From: Candidatus Gottesmanbacteria bacterium RIFCSPHIGHO2_01_FULL_40_15
GTDB taxonomy: Bacteria; Patescibacteriota; Microgenomatia; 2-02-FULL-39-11
DNA: 64,000 nucleotides
Assembly: GCA_001779115.1 (NCBI GenBank)
Contig: MFJF01000005.1
Span: forward strand, 142,888 to 206,887
Direction of reading: 5' to 3'
The position numbers were made by a program, and so were the translations under genes. Below, piece by piece: positions 10,624-20,298 of this stretch (positions are counted from its first letter, which is position 1; each line of letters opens with the position of its first letter). The notes under the pieces are model-generated. The model ran no database searches, had not been told where the DNA came from, and saw only the letters and a list, made by a program, of their open reading frames with translations.

Positions 10624-11514
10624 TTATGAAGGAATTTTGGCTATATTTAACATTTTTATCTTTTTATAATACTCATCAAGAATCTTGGGGCGTAAATCTA
10701 ACGGGTGAAAACGCAGGTATCCGTCTTTTATGACTTCATTAGTAATCTTTCTTTTCATGTACGTCAATTGGATAGTTTTGAAAAAAACTTCCAAAAAATT
10801 AACATCAGACACTCCGCCTTTTAACTTTTTGTGATTATTATCCATAAACTGGTATAAAGGTGAAAAATTCGGGAGAAACGATTTAATCCAACTGTTTATA
10901 CTGATAAATTCCCGATAAATATTATTCCTTTGAAATAAAGGCTTCATTTGAGCTATTTCATGGGCTGAAAAGAGGTCTTTTTCACCATTTATTAACTCAA
11001 GATTTCCCTCATCAATAAACATATTGAGGCAGAATTTATTGCGGATATCAGATGTGCCGGGATTTCTGTAAAGCCCAAACAGCTTCAGAAAGATGACAGA
11101 AAAAAATCTTGTCGTCCAAATAAAATTTTTTGATGTAATTATAAAAACGTCAATATCATCTCCGTCATCAGCATTTTCCATTGAAAGTGTCCCGGTGATT
11201 CCGATCAATTTTACAAAAGGAAGCATAAATAATAACCGGCAAAATTTTAAAGCTTTTAATATTTTTATTCCGGAACAGTATTTTCTTTTTTCCCGAAAAT
11301 AAACTGATTTTTCCCGGCCTTTCAGGCAATAATAATCCCTGCTTTTAACAATTATCTTTTCTTTTGTCAACTCAGTCAGTGATTTTGCAACGGCAGCCAG
11401 GGTAGCTTTTTTTTTGATAAGATACCGGTGAACTTCATTAGACTTTAAAGGATATCCGAATATATCGGCATAGATGAGAGTTTTTAGAACTGAGTTATTC
11501 AACCCGGAAGACAT
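10624..11514 (-). CDS. Nucleotidyltransferase-fold protein (conserved hypothetical)
   Basis: GITGTLS...DGDDIDVFII matches the pol-beta NTase G[ST]-x-DxD motif; CLNMFID. Confidence 0.7.
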   Translation of the reverse strand: MSSGLNNSVLKTLIYADIFGYPLKSNEVHRYLIKKKATLAAVAKSLTELTKEKIIVKSRDYYCLKGREKSVYFREKRKYCSGIKILKALKFCRLLFMLPFVKLIGITGTLSMENADDGDDIDVFIITSKNFIWTTRFFSVIFLKLFGLYRNPGTSDIRNKFCLNMFIDEGNLELINGEKDLFSAHEIAQMKPLFQRNNIYREFISINSWIKSFLPNFSPLYQFMDNNHKKLKGGVSDVNFLEVFFKTIQLTYMKRKITNEVIKDGYLRFHPLDLRPKILDEYYKKIKMLNIAKIPS

Positions 11515-11524
11515 AAAGTTAAAG

Positions 11525-13141
11525 TTATTGGACCTGCAAAGAACCGGACTGGTTTTCCCCTGTTTGACCCTGATTATCCTGTTTTTGACCGTATGAAAGA
11601 TTGAATCTTTTAAATACTTCCCCAAACCCGCTCTCGGCAGTCTTTATTACGGATTCTTCACTGACACCCTGCTCTGACAATCCGTTAACCGCATCTTTCA
11701 GGTAATCAATCAGAGATGTATTTATTCCCGTTTCACCGTCAAAAGTTCTTGAGGAAAGATAAAAAGACTTCATGGTCGGAGCTTCTGATATTAATGGAGA
11801 CAGATACGGATTATCGGAAAGATTTTTTCCCAGATCTACCCGGGAATAAGGCTCTCCGAAGAGTTTTCTGACTTTTGACTGACCCTCATACAGTTTTTGC
11901 ATATTTTCCGGTTGAAGAAGAAATTTAAGAAATTGCCAAGATGTATCCTGTTTTTTACTTTTTACTGAAACGCCTTCAACCCAATAACTGGCCCAGTTAA
12001 TTTCGGGACAGGGTTCACGGTCACAGGGCAATTGGGGAACCTTGGCGGTTTTAAAATTAAGATCCGGATTGATTGAATTTATTGTCAGAGCCTGCCAGCT
12101 GGGTGCTATAATCATGGCTGTTTTTCCGCCGGCAAAGGCAACTATTGAGTTTTCCAGTGAGTTATCCCAGGTGTTTGAAGGCGGAGCGGCGAACATCCGG
12201 TAAAACTTCAATGTTTGGACGGCACAGTCGGTCTCGGCAGCGTCAGAACAACTGAAAAGGGATTCATAAAGTTTTGTACCGTTTTGAAGCATCATCAACC
12301 CCAAAATGTCACTGAAATGTTCGATATTTTCAGCCGTTCCGAGAGCTATAGCTGATGTAGCGATCAGATTTCCTTCTTTAACTGTCAGTCTGGAGACGGA
12401 ATTTTGGATATCTATCCAGGTCAGAGGAACTGTAACATTAGCTCCGTTTAAAATATCTTCATTATAAAAAAGCAACAGGCCGTCAATTTCCAACGGTATA
12501 CCATAGAAATTATCACCGCCTTTAAGATCCTGTAAAACAACCGGATAAAAAGTTTTTCCATATTCCTCATCTGAAATAACATCCTTTGGCAACGGAGCAA
12601 GCTGTTTGACCAGCATGGGCAACCAGGTATTATGGAATCTGAAAATATCAGGACCTTCTCCCCTGTCTATTGCCGCTTGGACTCTTTCCCTGTATTGAAC
12701 AGGGTCCTGTCTGACATAATTTACTTCAATCTGATTATTCTCTTTTTCAAATTTTTCAATAAGAGGACTCATGATGGATTCTTCTTCCCACAAACCCCAG
12801 TAAGTCAAAGTAATTTTTTCCGTTTTTTGGCCGTTTGAACCGGTAGGAGTAGTACTTCTTGATCCCAGAAATCTTAAAGCAACAACTCCAACCACGACAA
12901 TGATAATTACGAATAAAGCCAGAAATAGAAATTTCCGACGGGGATCTTCAATATAGGCAGGCGGAACAGAAAAAGCATCAGGTACAGGAGGGTTAGCGCT
13001 ATCTTCAAACGGAACAGAGGACGGCCCGGCAACTTCTTCACTTGGCGCTGCCATAGCTTCTTCATAAGCTGAATGACTTCCTTCAGAAAATATTTCACCG
13101 GAGGGAGGAGGACCGTTTGACTGTTTTGATGGATCATCCAT
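11525..13141 (-). CDS. Membrane-anchored extracellular solute-binding protein family 1
   Basis: Acidic Pro-rich N-tail, TM, LTYWGLWE, GPDIF, YGIPL, LFYNED, FAGGKTAM. Confidence 0.85.
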   Translation of the reverse strand: MDDPSKQSNGPPPSGEIFSEGSHSAYEEAMAAPSEEVAGPSSVPFEDSANPPVPDAFSVPPAYIEDPRRKFLFLALFVIIIVVVGVVALRFLGSRSTTPTGSNGQKTEKITLTYWGLWEEESIMSPLIEKFEKENNQIEVNYVRQDPVQYRERVQAAIDRGEGPDIFRFHNTWLPMLVKQLAPLPKDVISDEEYGKTFYPVVLQDLKGGDNFYGIPLEIDGLLLFYNEDILNGANVTVPLTWIDIQNSVSRLTVKEGNLIATSAIALGTAENIEHFSDILGLMMLQNGTKLYESLFSCSDAAETDCAVQTLKFYRMFAAPPSNTWDNSLENSIVAFAGGKTAMIIAPSWQALTINSINPDLNFKTAKVPQLPCDREPCPEINWASYWVEGVSVKSKKQDTSWQFLKFLLQPENMQKLYEGQSKVRKLFGEPYSRVDLGKNLSDNPYLSPLISEAPTMKSFYLSSRTFDGETGINTSLIDYLKDAVNGLSEQGVSEESVIKTAESGFGEVFKRFNLSYGQKQDNQGQTGENQSGSLQVQ

Positions 13142-13172
13142 TCTTATGATATGATAACCGCAATATTAAACC

Positions 13173-14609
13173 ATGGTCAAGGAAAAAAAAGGAAAACCGG
13201 CAGTTGGTACATTGCCGAAAAAATTACCCTTAATAAGGGTAATTTTGATAATACCGGCAATTTTATCCGTATTGGGAGCAGTTTTTGCCGTATCATTTAT
13301 TAATCAATATGAAAATATTTACCGGGATAAAATTTATCCCGGGGTAACAGTTGATTTTATACCATTCGGAGGAAAATCCCAACGTGATTTGGAGAATTAC
13401 TTCAATAAAAAAAATAAAAAATTAGCCGGATTCCAAATAACTCTAAAACATGAAGACCGGTCGGCAACAATTTCAGGAAAAGAATTGAAGGCCGGCTATG
13501 ATGTCAAACTTTCCTCAATTCAAGCTTATTCCATCGGAAGAAGCGGCAATATTTTATCCGATATTTACCACAAATGGCGGGCAAAAGCAGCTGGAATAAA
13601 TTTGACTGCTGTCATGACTATGGACAATGAGTATATCGATGAGACCATAACTTATCTGGCAAATTCAATTGATAAAAAAGCTGAAGATGCCCTTTTTAAT
13701 TTTACCGGCGGCCGGGTTACTGCCTTTAAGCCTTCCAGATCAGGCGTTGCCGTCAACCGGGAAAAAACCAAGAAATTAGTAATGAATTTCCTGGAAAAAA
13801 CAATTCAAAACGGAACCGATGAAAAGGTTGAATTCAAATTACCGGTTGAAATTGTTCTTCCGTCAATCACAACGGAAAATTCAAATGATTTCGGAATAAA
13901 GGAACTTATCGGAACCGGTAAATCCAAATTCGTCGGATCAATAGCAAGCAGAATACACAATATTGAACTGGCCGCTTCAAGAATAAACGGACGGCTGATT
14001 CCTCCCGGGGAAACCTTTTCTTTTAACAGTGCCCTGGGCGATGTATCTTCGGCAACCGGATACCAGCCGGCTTACATTATTAAAGACGGCAGAACGGTTC
14101 TCGGAGACGGCGGTGGGGTTTGCCAGGTTTCAACAACCCTTTTCCGGGCGGCTCTTTCGTCGGGATTACCGGTAGTTGAAAGATGGGCCCATTCTTACAG
14201 GGTAAGTTATTACGAGCAGGATTCAGGTCCGGGGATTGATGCTACGGTATTTGCACCCAGTGTTGATCTGAAATTTACAAATGATACTCCGGCCCATATC
14301 CTGATTCAGGCCGAAACAAATAAAAGTGCAAGCTCGTTAACTTTTTCTCTTTACGGAGTATCCGACGGAAGAGTTGCACAAATCACCAAACCGGTGATAC
14401 TTTCCCAGACCCCGCCACCGCCTGACCTTTATCAGGATGATCCTACACTTGATAATGGGGCAGTTAAGCAAGTTGACTGGAAAGCCTGGGGAGCAAAAGT
14501 CAATTTTGATTATAAGGTTACCAGAGACAGAGAAATTTTATTTCAAAAATCTTTCTTCTCAAATTTCCAACCATGGCAGGCAGTTTTTTTACGCGGAACC
14601 AGAATTTAA
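13173..14609 (+). CDS. VanW family protein with peptidoglycan-binding region
   Basis: RIHNIELA, PGETFSFN, GGGVCQVSTTLFRA, GIDATV. Confidence 0.92.
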   Translation: MVKEKKGKPAVGTLPKKLPLIRVILIIPAILSVLGAVFAVSFINQYENIYRDKIYPGVTVDFIPFGGKSQRDLENYFNKKNKKLAGFQITLKHEDRSATISGKELKAGYDVKLSSIQAYSIGRSGNILSDIYHKWRAKAAGINLTAVMTMDNEYIDETITYLANSIDKKAEDALFNFTGGRVTAFKPSRSGVAVNREKTKKLVMNFLEKTIQNGTDEKVEFKLPVEIVLPSITTENSNDFGIKELIGTGKSKFVGSIASRIHNIELAASRINGRLIPPGETFSFNSALGDVSSATGYQPAYIIKDGRTVLGDGGGVCQVSTTLFRAALSSGLPVVERWAHSYRVSYYEQDSGPGIDATVFAPSVDLKFTNDTPAHILIQAETNKSASSLTFSLYGVSDGRVAQITKPVILSQTPPPPDLYQDDPTLDNGAVKQVDWKAWGAKVNFDYKVTRDREILFQKSFFSNFQPWQAVFLRGTRI

Positions 14610-14652
14610 ACAAAAGTGCAGCCGAATTAACCGGATTCGTAAATTTATCCTG

Positions 14653-15135
14653 ATGGAAAAAATATCTGATTTAAAGGGATTCAAAACGACTCTAATAAAA
14701 CTTCAAAAGAGAGGCAAGCCGATAATTCTAACCGGCGGTTGTTTTGACATACTGCATATCGGCCATATCCGATTTTTGGAGGAAGCTAAAAAATCAGGGG
14801 GAACACTTATAGTATTACTGGAACCGGATGAAAAGGTCAGAAAACTTAAAGGAGCAAAAAGACCCGTGTTTTCTCAGCATGAAAGAGCCCGGACACTTTC
14901 ATCTTTAATTCCGGTGGATTATATAATACTTCTTCCTTATCTTTCCGGATCAGGATATGACCAATATATAAGTGTTATAAAACCTGATATTATTGCAACA
15001 ACAGAAAACGATCCGATATTGGAAAAGAAACGAAAACAGGCAAAAAAAGTTTCCGGAAAACTCTCCGTTGTTAAATATTTCACATCCCTATCAAGCTCTC
15101 AAATAGCTGACAAATTGAAAAAAGAATCTTTATAG
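14653..15135 (+). CDS. Cytidylyl/adenylyltransferase (RfaE domain II/TagD family)
   Basis: GGCFDILHIGH, KGAKRP, SSS motifs; start moved to ATG 14653. Confidence 0.88.
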   Translation: MEKISDLKGFKTTLIKLQKRGKPIILTGGCFDILHIGHIRFLEEAKKSGGTLIVLLEPDEKVRKLKGAKRPVFSQHERARTLSSLIPVDYIILLPYLSGSGYDQYISVIKPDIIATTENDPILEKKRKQAKKVSGKLSVVKYFTSLSSSQIADKLKKESL

Positions 15136-15142
15136 TTTTGTT

Positions 15143-16201
15143 ATGAAAATTCTGGCTATAGAAACATCATGCGATGAAACAGCCGCTGCGATTGTTGAAG
15201 ACGGCAGGAAAATAATTTCAAATATTGTTGCAACTTCTGCGGAACTTCATGCAAAAACCGGCGGAATTATTCCTGAAATTGCGGCGCGGCAACAAGTTTT
15301 ATTTATTATTCCGGTTATTGAAGAAGCCACTCTGCCGCTTCGGAATGAAAAAAAGGGTAAGCCTGATCTTTTGAACACATTTAAAAAAATTGATGCGTTG
15401 GCGGTAACAGTCGGACCGGGACTTATCGGCTCCCTGGTGGTAGGAGTAGAAGCGGCAAAAACTATTGCCATGACAACCGGGAAACCGATTATTCCGGTAA
15501 ATCATGTTAAAGCTCACCTTTACGCCAATTTATTAAACGGCACCGAAAAACCGGATTTTCCGGCTATCGGATTGGTTGTTTCCGGAGGCCATACTGAACT
15601 TTATTTTTGGCAAAGTATAAATAATATTAAATGGATCGGAGGAACAATAGATGATGCTGCCGGTGAAGCATTTGATAAAACAGCCAGAATACTCGGTTTA
15701 GGCTTTCCGGGAGGACCGGCAATCGCAGCGGAAGCGGTAAAAATTCAATTTGATGGGAACCCGGGCAGAATACAAAACATTAAGTTACCAAGACCAATGA
15801 TGAAAGAAGACAGTCTAAATTTTTCATTTTCAGGATTAAAAACAGCAGTAAAAAGAACAGTAGACGATCTTAAGATGAAAAATAAATTTAACGGAAAGAC
15901 TGTTTCATATCTGTCTTATGAAATCCAGGAATCCATAACCGATGTTTTATCTTTTAAAACAATTCTGGCGGCGGAGAAATACAAAGTGAAAACAATTGCT
16001 TTGGGGGGAGGAGTGGCTGCTAATTTACGATTAAAGGAAAAATTAACAAAAGAGAGCGGCAAGAAAATAAGAATATGCGTTCCTCCTCCGTCATTTTGTA
16101 CCGATAACGCTCTTTATATTGCCAGTTGTGCTTTCCATTATAATAATCCGGTTAGTTGGAAAAGTATTGAAGCCGATCCGGGACTGTCGGTTGAAGTTTG
16201 A
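15143..16201 (+). CDS. tsaD: tRNA threonylcarbamoyladenosine transferase TsaD
   Basis: AIETSCDETA, NHVKAH, VSGGHT, DDAAGEAFDK, CTDNA. Confidence 0.97.
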   Translation: MKILAIETSCDETAAAIVEDGRKIISNIVATSAELHAKTGGIIPEIAARQQVLFIIPVIEEATLPLRNEKKGKPDLLNTFKKIDALAVTVGPGLIGSLVVGVEAAKTIAMTTGKPIIPVNHVKAHLYANLLNGTEKPDFPAIGLVVSGGHTELYFWQSINNIKWIGGTIDDAAGEAFDKTARILGLGFPGGPAIAAEAVKIQFDGNPGRIQNIKLPRPMMKEDSLNFSFSGLKTAVKRTVDDLKMKNKFNGKTVSYLSYEIQESITDVLSFKTILAAEKYKVKTIALGGGVAANLRLKEKLTKESGKKIRICVPPPSFCTDNALYIASCAFHYNNPVSWKSIEADPGLSVEV

Positions 16202-16234
16202 GAATTATCGCAATATAATAATCCAAACCTAAAT

Positions 16235-18427
16235 ATGGATAAAGTTTATAAGCATCAGCATACAGAAAAAAACTGGTACAGTCTTTGGGAGGAAAAAGGT
16301 TATTTTACACCGGTTATTAACCCGGAGAAAAAGCCTTTTGCGATAATAATGCCTCCTCCCAATGCCAACGGTTCACTTCATATCGGACATGCCGCATTTT
16401 TAACTATTGAGGATGTGATGATCCGCTATCACCGAATGGTTTCTGAAGTTACTCTCTGGCTTCCCGGGGCTGATCATGCCGGAATTCTGACTCAGGTAGT
16501 TTTTGAAAGAAAACTGGAAAAAGAAGAGAACAAAAGCCGGTTTGATCTGGGTCGTGAAGAGTTTATCAGGCGGTGTATGGAATTTACTTTGAAAAATAAA
16601 GAAGTGATGGAAAATCAGATGAGGGCTATCGGAGCTTCCTGCGACTGGAGCCGGAAGAGTTTTACACTTGATCCTAAATTCAATAAACCGATAAACGCGA
16701 CATTTAAAAAACTTTATGAAGACGGCTTTTTGTACAGAGATTTACGGATGATAAACTGGTGCCCGAGATGCGCCACGGCTTTATCGGATCTGGAAGTTAT
16801 TTATAAAGAGAAAAAAGATCCTCTGTATTTTATTAAATACGGTCCCCTAACTCTGGCAACCGTCAGACCGGAAACAAAATTCGGCGATACGGCATTGGCT
16901 GTTAATCCGAAGGACAAAAGATACCTTAATTTTATCGGCCGGGAGATAGAAGCCGAAGGACTTTTGGGGAAGATGAAGTTTAAAGTCATTGCGGATCCGG
17001 CTGTTGACCCAAAATTCGGTACTGGAGTGGTTAAAGTAACACCGGCCCATGATCCTGATGATTTTGCCATGGGCTTACGGCATAATCTGGAAGTCAGACA
17101 GGTAATCGGTTTTGACGGTAAATTAAATGAAAAAACAGGTCCCTTTAAGGGATTGACCGTCAGGGAAGCACGGATAAAAACCGCTTCTGATATGGAGAAA
17201 AAAGGACTGATCGTAAAAAAAGATACTGAATACATACATAATATTGCCATTTGCGAGCGGTGTCAGACAGTCATTGAACCGATGGTATCGCTGCAATGGT
17301 TTATCAGAACTAAAAGTTTGGCTGAAATGGCCATAAAAGCTGTCCAAAAGGGAGAGATAAGATTTATCCCTAAAAGCTTTGTAAAAAACTATAATATCTG
17401 GATGGAAAATATCAGAGACTGGTGCATTTCCAGGCAGTTATGGTGGGGCCACCAGATTCCGGTTTGGTATTGCGGAAAGAAAAATTTATCCGACCTCCAA
17501 TTAACCATGAATCCGGAACTTAAAAAAATTAAAAATGAAGGCTGCGGGGAAATCATAGTCGCAGATGAAAAACCCCGGACATGTCCCAAATGCCAAAAGA
17601 AAAATCTTATCCGTGATCCTGATACATTGGACACCTGGTTCTCATCAGGACAATGGCCGTATACAACACTTAACTTCGATCAAGAGAATGTTTCTGATTA
17701 TGAATATTTTTATCCGACTACTGTCATGGAAACCGGTTATGAGATCCTTTTCTTTTGGGTGGCACGGATGATAATGCTCGGATTGTATTCTACCGGTAAA
17801 GTTCCTTTCAAAATTGTTTACCTTCACGGTTTAGTCAGAGATGCATTGGGAACGAAAATGAGCAAATCCAAAGGAAATGTGATTGATCCCTTAACAGTTA
17901 TTGACAAATACGGGGCGGATTCATTAAGAATGGCTCTGGTTTACGGAACTTCACCAGGGAGTGATGTCAAACTTTCGGAGAAAAAAATTGAAGCAATGCG
18001 GAATTTCGGCAATAAAATCTGGAACATGGCCAGATTTATTAAAATGAATATTGAGTTTTTTGAAAAAAACAGTAAAAAATTTACTCCTGATCAAAAATAT
18101 ATTCCTTCCGATAATGATGATAAAAATCTGTTAAAAAATTTAGATAAGCTGATTAAATTGGTTACTGATAATATGAACAGCTACCGGTTTGCCATAGTTT
18201 CCGAGAAATTATACAACTTCCTTTGGCATGAAATGGCTGATAAATATATGGAGCAAGTTAAGGACAGGCTGCGGAATAATGATTGGAGTGCTTTGAATAC
18301 TTTATATGTGACTTTTATATCCTCAATCAAGATGCTTCACCCCATCATGCCGTTTATTACCGAGGAAATAAATAAACAATTAACCGGTGAAGAAAAGCCG
18401 CTTATAATCTCTCCCTGGCCGAAATAA
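16235..18427 (+). CDS. valS: Valine--tRNA ligase (no C-terminal coiled-coil arm)
   Basis: PPPNANGSLHIGH, DWCISRQLWWGH, DTWFSS, KMSKS. Confidence 0.97.
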   Translation: MDKVYKHQHTEKNWYSLWEEKGYFTPVINPEKKPFAIIMPPPNANGSLHIGHAAFLTIEDVMIRYHRMVSEVTLWLPGADHAGILTQVVFERKLEKEENKSRFDLGREEFIRRCMEFTLKNKEVMENQMRAIGASCDWSRKSFTLDPKFNKPINATFKKLYEDGFLYRDLRMINWCPRCATALSDLEVIYKEKKDPLYFIKYGPLTLATVRPETKFGDTALAVNPKDKRYLNFIGREIEAEGLLGKMKFKVIADPAVDPKFGTGVVKVTPAHDPDDFAMGLRHNLEVRQVIGFDGKLNEKTGPFKGLTVREARIKTASDMEKKGLIVKKDTEYIHNIAICERCQTVIEPMVSLQWFIRTKSLAEMAIKAVQKGEIRFIPKSFVKNYNIWMENIRDWCISRQLWWGHQIPVWYCGKKNLSDLQLTMNPELKKIKNEGCGEIIVADEKPRTCPKCQKKNLIRDPDTLDTWFSSGQWPYTTLNFDQENVSDYEYFYPTTVMETGYEILFFWVARMIMLGLYSTGKVPFKIVYLHGLVRDALGTKMSKSKGNVIDPLTVIDKYGADSLRMALVYGTSPGSDVKLSEKKIEAMRNFGNKIWNMARFIKMNIEFFEKNSKKFTPDQKYIPSDNDDKNLLKNLDKLIKLVTDNMNSYRFAIVSEKLYNFLWHEMADKYMEQVKDRLRNNDWSALNTLYVTFISSIKMLHPIMPFITEEINKQLTGEEKPLIISPWPK

Positions 18428-18450
18428 ATATTAATATAAATTTATGGCAG

Positions 18451-19119
18451 CTAGCTTTCGGAGACGGTGATATTTTCAATGATGACTTTTTCTTTCGGTT
18501 TTGACTGTTCTCCCAGCCCGTTATCTTCAACTTCCACTCCAGCTATCTTATCAATTATTTCCATCCCCTTGACTACTTGTCCGAAAATAACATAATTTTT
18601 AGGCAGATTATTATCCTGATGCATAATGAAAAACTGGCTGCCGTTGGTATTTGGTCCTGAATTAGCCATTGCAACCATTCCCTTTTTATAGTCAAGCGTA
18701 ATTTTTTCATCGGCGAATTTATAACCGGGACCTCCGGTACCGTCACCAAGGGGGTCTCCACCCTGAATCATGAAATCTTTAATAATCCTGTGAAAGGGAG
18801 TCCCATTGTAAAATCCGTCACGCGCCAGAACAACAAAATTATTTACCGTTACCGGTGTGTTTTCAGCAAACAATTCGATTTGAAAATTGCCGTATGAAGT
18901 TGAAACATCAGCCGTATAAATTTTTCCGGGATCAATTGTCATTTCCGGTATTTTGGAATATTGTTTTGCCATATTAGCCGATTGGGTTTTTGCTTTGTCC
19001 TGATTTTCCTGCGGCTGTTCTTTGGAGAAAAATAATGTCAAAATAAAAACCGCAGCTGCTATTGCCAACAAATACAGGATAAAATTGAAAAAATTAGATG
19101 TTCTTTTCAATTTTGGCAT
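18451..19119 (-). CDS. Membrane-anchored cyclophilin-type peptidyl-prolyl isomerase
   Basis: FHRIIKDFMIQGGDP, AMANSGPNTNGSQFFI; N-terminal TM. Confidence 0.95.
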   Translation of the reverse strand: MPKLKRTSNFFNFILYLLAIAAAVFILTLFFSKEQPQENQDKAKTQSANMAKQYSKIPEMTIDPGKIYTADVSTSYGNFQIELFAENTPVTVNNFVVLARDGFYNGTPFHRIIKDFMIQGGDPLGDGTGGPGYKFADEKITLDYKKGMVAMANSGPNTNGSQFFIMHQDNNLPKNYVIFGQVVKGMEIIDKIAGVEVEDNGLGEQSKPKEKVIIENITVSES

Positions 19120-19768
19120 CTTTTCTGATTTTATTAAACCATTCCTCATAGAGCTCGCTTACTTTTTGCTGTTTAATAAAACCTTCAACTTCCGAACGCA
19201 GTTTTGCGGGATCAGTAGCTTCTGATGACAATTCCTTATTATTTTCCAGATATTTTTCAATATCAGTTGAAGATACTGAAGTTTGTTTATCAAACAGCTT
19301 TTCAATGGAAAGCTGAAGCTCCAACTGCCTGCGGAAAGTAGTCGTATCCAAACCCTGCATTGACAACGCCTCATTTAGGGACATTTTCCCGCCTAAATTT
19401 TCTTCAATTTTTTTAACCCGGCTTTCTATTTCATCAGCGGTGATAAATATGCCTTCCTGCCGTGCAGCTCCCAAAATCAACCTCTCATTAATCAGTTGAT
19501 CCAGAACCGAATCGGAAAACTGGCTATTCAAACGGCTGTTTAACTCAAAACGGGAAACGGGCTGGCCGTTAACCGTGGCGACTATATAATATTTTCTCAA
19601 CAGCCAAAATACTAAAACCAGGAACAGAATTCCGATTATAATCAGATTCTTCTTTGTAAAAAAGCTTTTTGAAAAATAATTTTTCAGAAAACTTTTAGCG
19701 TTTCTTTTATTCAGACTTAACTTTTTATCAGCTGTCGATGTTTTTCCCAAAGTTTTTTTTACCGGCAT
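19094..19768 (-). CDS. SurA/PrsA N-terminal domain chaperone
   Basis: TM then IVATVNGQPV, LDQLINERLI, C-terminal RKDAKI. Confidence 0.8.
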   Translation of the reverse strand: MPVKKTLGKTSTADKKLSLNKRNAKSFLKNYFSKSFFTKKNLIIIGILFLVLVFWLLRKYYIVATVNGQPVSRFELNSRLNSQFSDSVLDQLINERLILGAARQEGIFITADEIESRVKKIEENLGGKMSLNEALSMQGLDTTTFRRQLELQLSIEKLFDKQTSVSSTDIEKYLENNKELSSEATDPAKLRSEVEGFIKQQKVSELYEEWFNKIRKDAKIEKNI

Positions 19769-19771
19769 ATA

Positions 19772-20218
19772 TTAATTTGGGGATTTTGATAATTTATCAT
19801 TAACAATCCTGGCAATATTAGCGGGGTCTGCCCCGGCACTCACTTCTTTTACGGTTAACCCGATTATTTTTCCCGGATTTTTAACATCACCGCTTTTTTC
19901 AATTACGCGGTCAATAATCACTGAAAGCTGTTCGTCGGTTAACTGAGGCGGCAGATATTCCGAAATTATTTTTATTTCATTTTCCTCAGCTTCAGCCAGT
20001 TCGTTTCTGCCTCCTTTGCGGAAAAGCTCAATTGACTCACGGCGCTTTTTAATTTCTTTGGCCAATAAAGATTCCGCTTCCTCTTTATTCAAATCAGCCT
20101 GTTTATTTATTTCCGCATATTTTATCTGAGACAAAATATAACGCAGTGTGTTAACTTTAAAACTTTCTCCTTTTTTTAACGAAGAATGCATTTGTTTTTG
20201 AATTTCATCCTTTAACAT
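19772..20218 (-). CDS. GatB/YqeY domain protein
   Basis: KEIKKRRESIELFRKGGR, EYLPPQL. Confidence 0.92.
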   Translation of the reverse strand: MLKDEIQKQMHSSLKKGESFKVNTLRYILSQIKYAEINKQADLNKEEAESLLAKEIKKRRESIELFRKGGRNELAEAEENEIKIISEYLPPQLTDEQLSVIIDRVIEKSGDVKNPGKIIGLTVKEVSAGADPANIARIVNDKLSKSPN

Positions 20219-20298
20219 ATTAAAAGCTTTTTCAAATTATTAAGGCTTAAGTATATGACAACAGGCAAACAAAAGCAAAGACTATGTCATGCCAATGT

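Noticed and set aside
11515-11625. Long overlap between the SBP and NTase ORFs
   Set aside because: It disappears when ATG 11514 is used.
14437-14652. N-terminal extension of the cytidylyltransferase ORF
   Set aside because: It overlaps the VanW gene by ~170 nt; recognisable sequence begins at ATG 14653.
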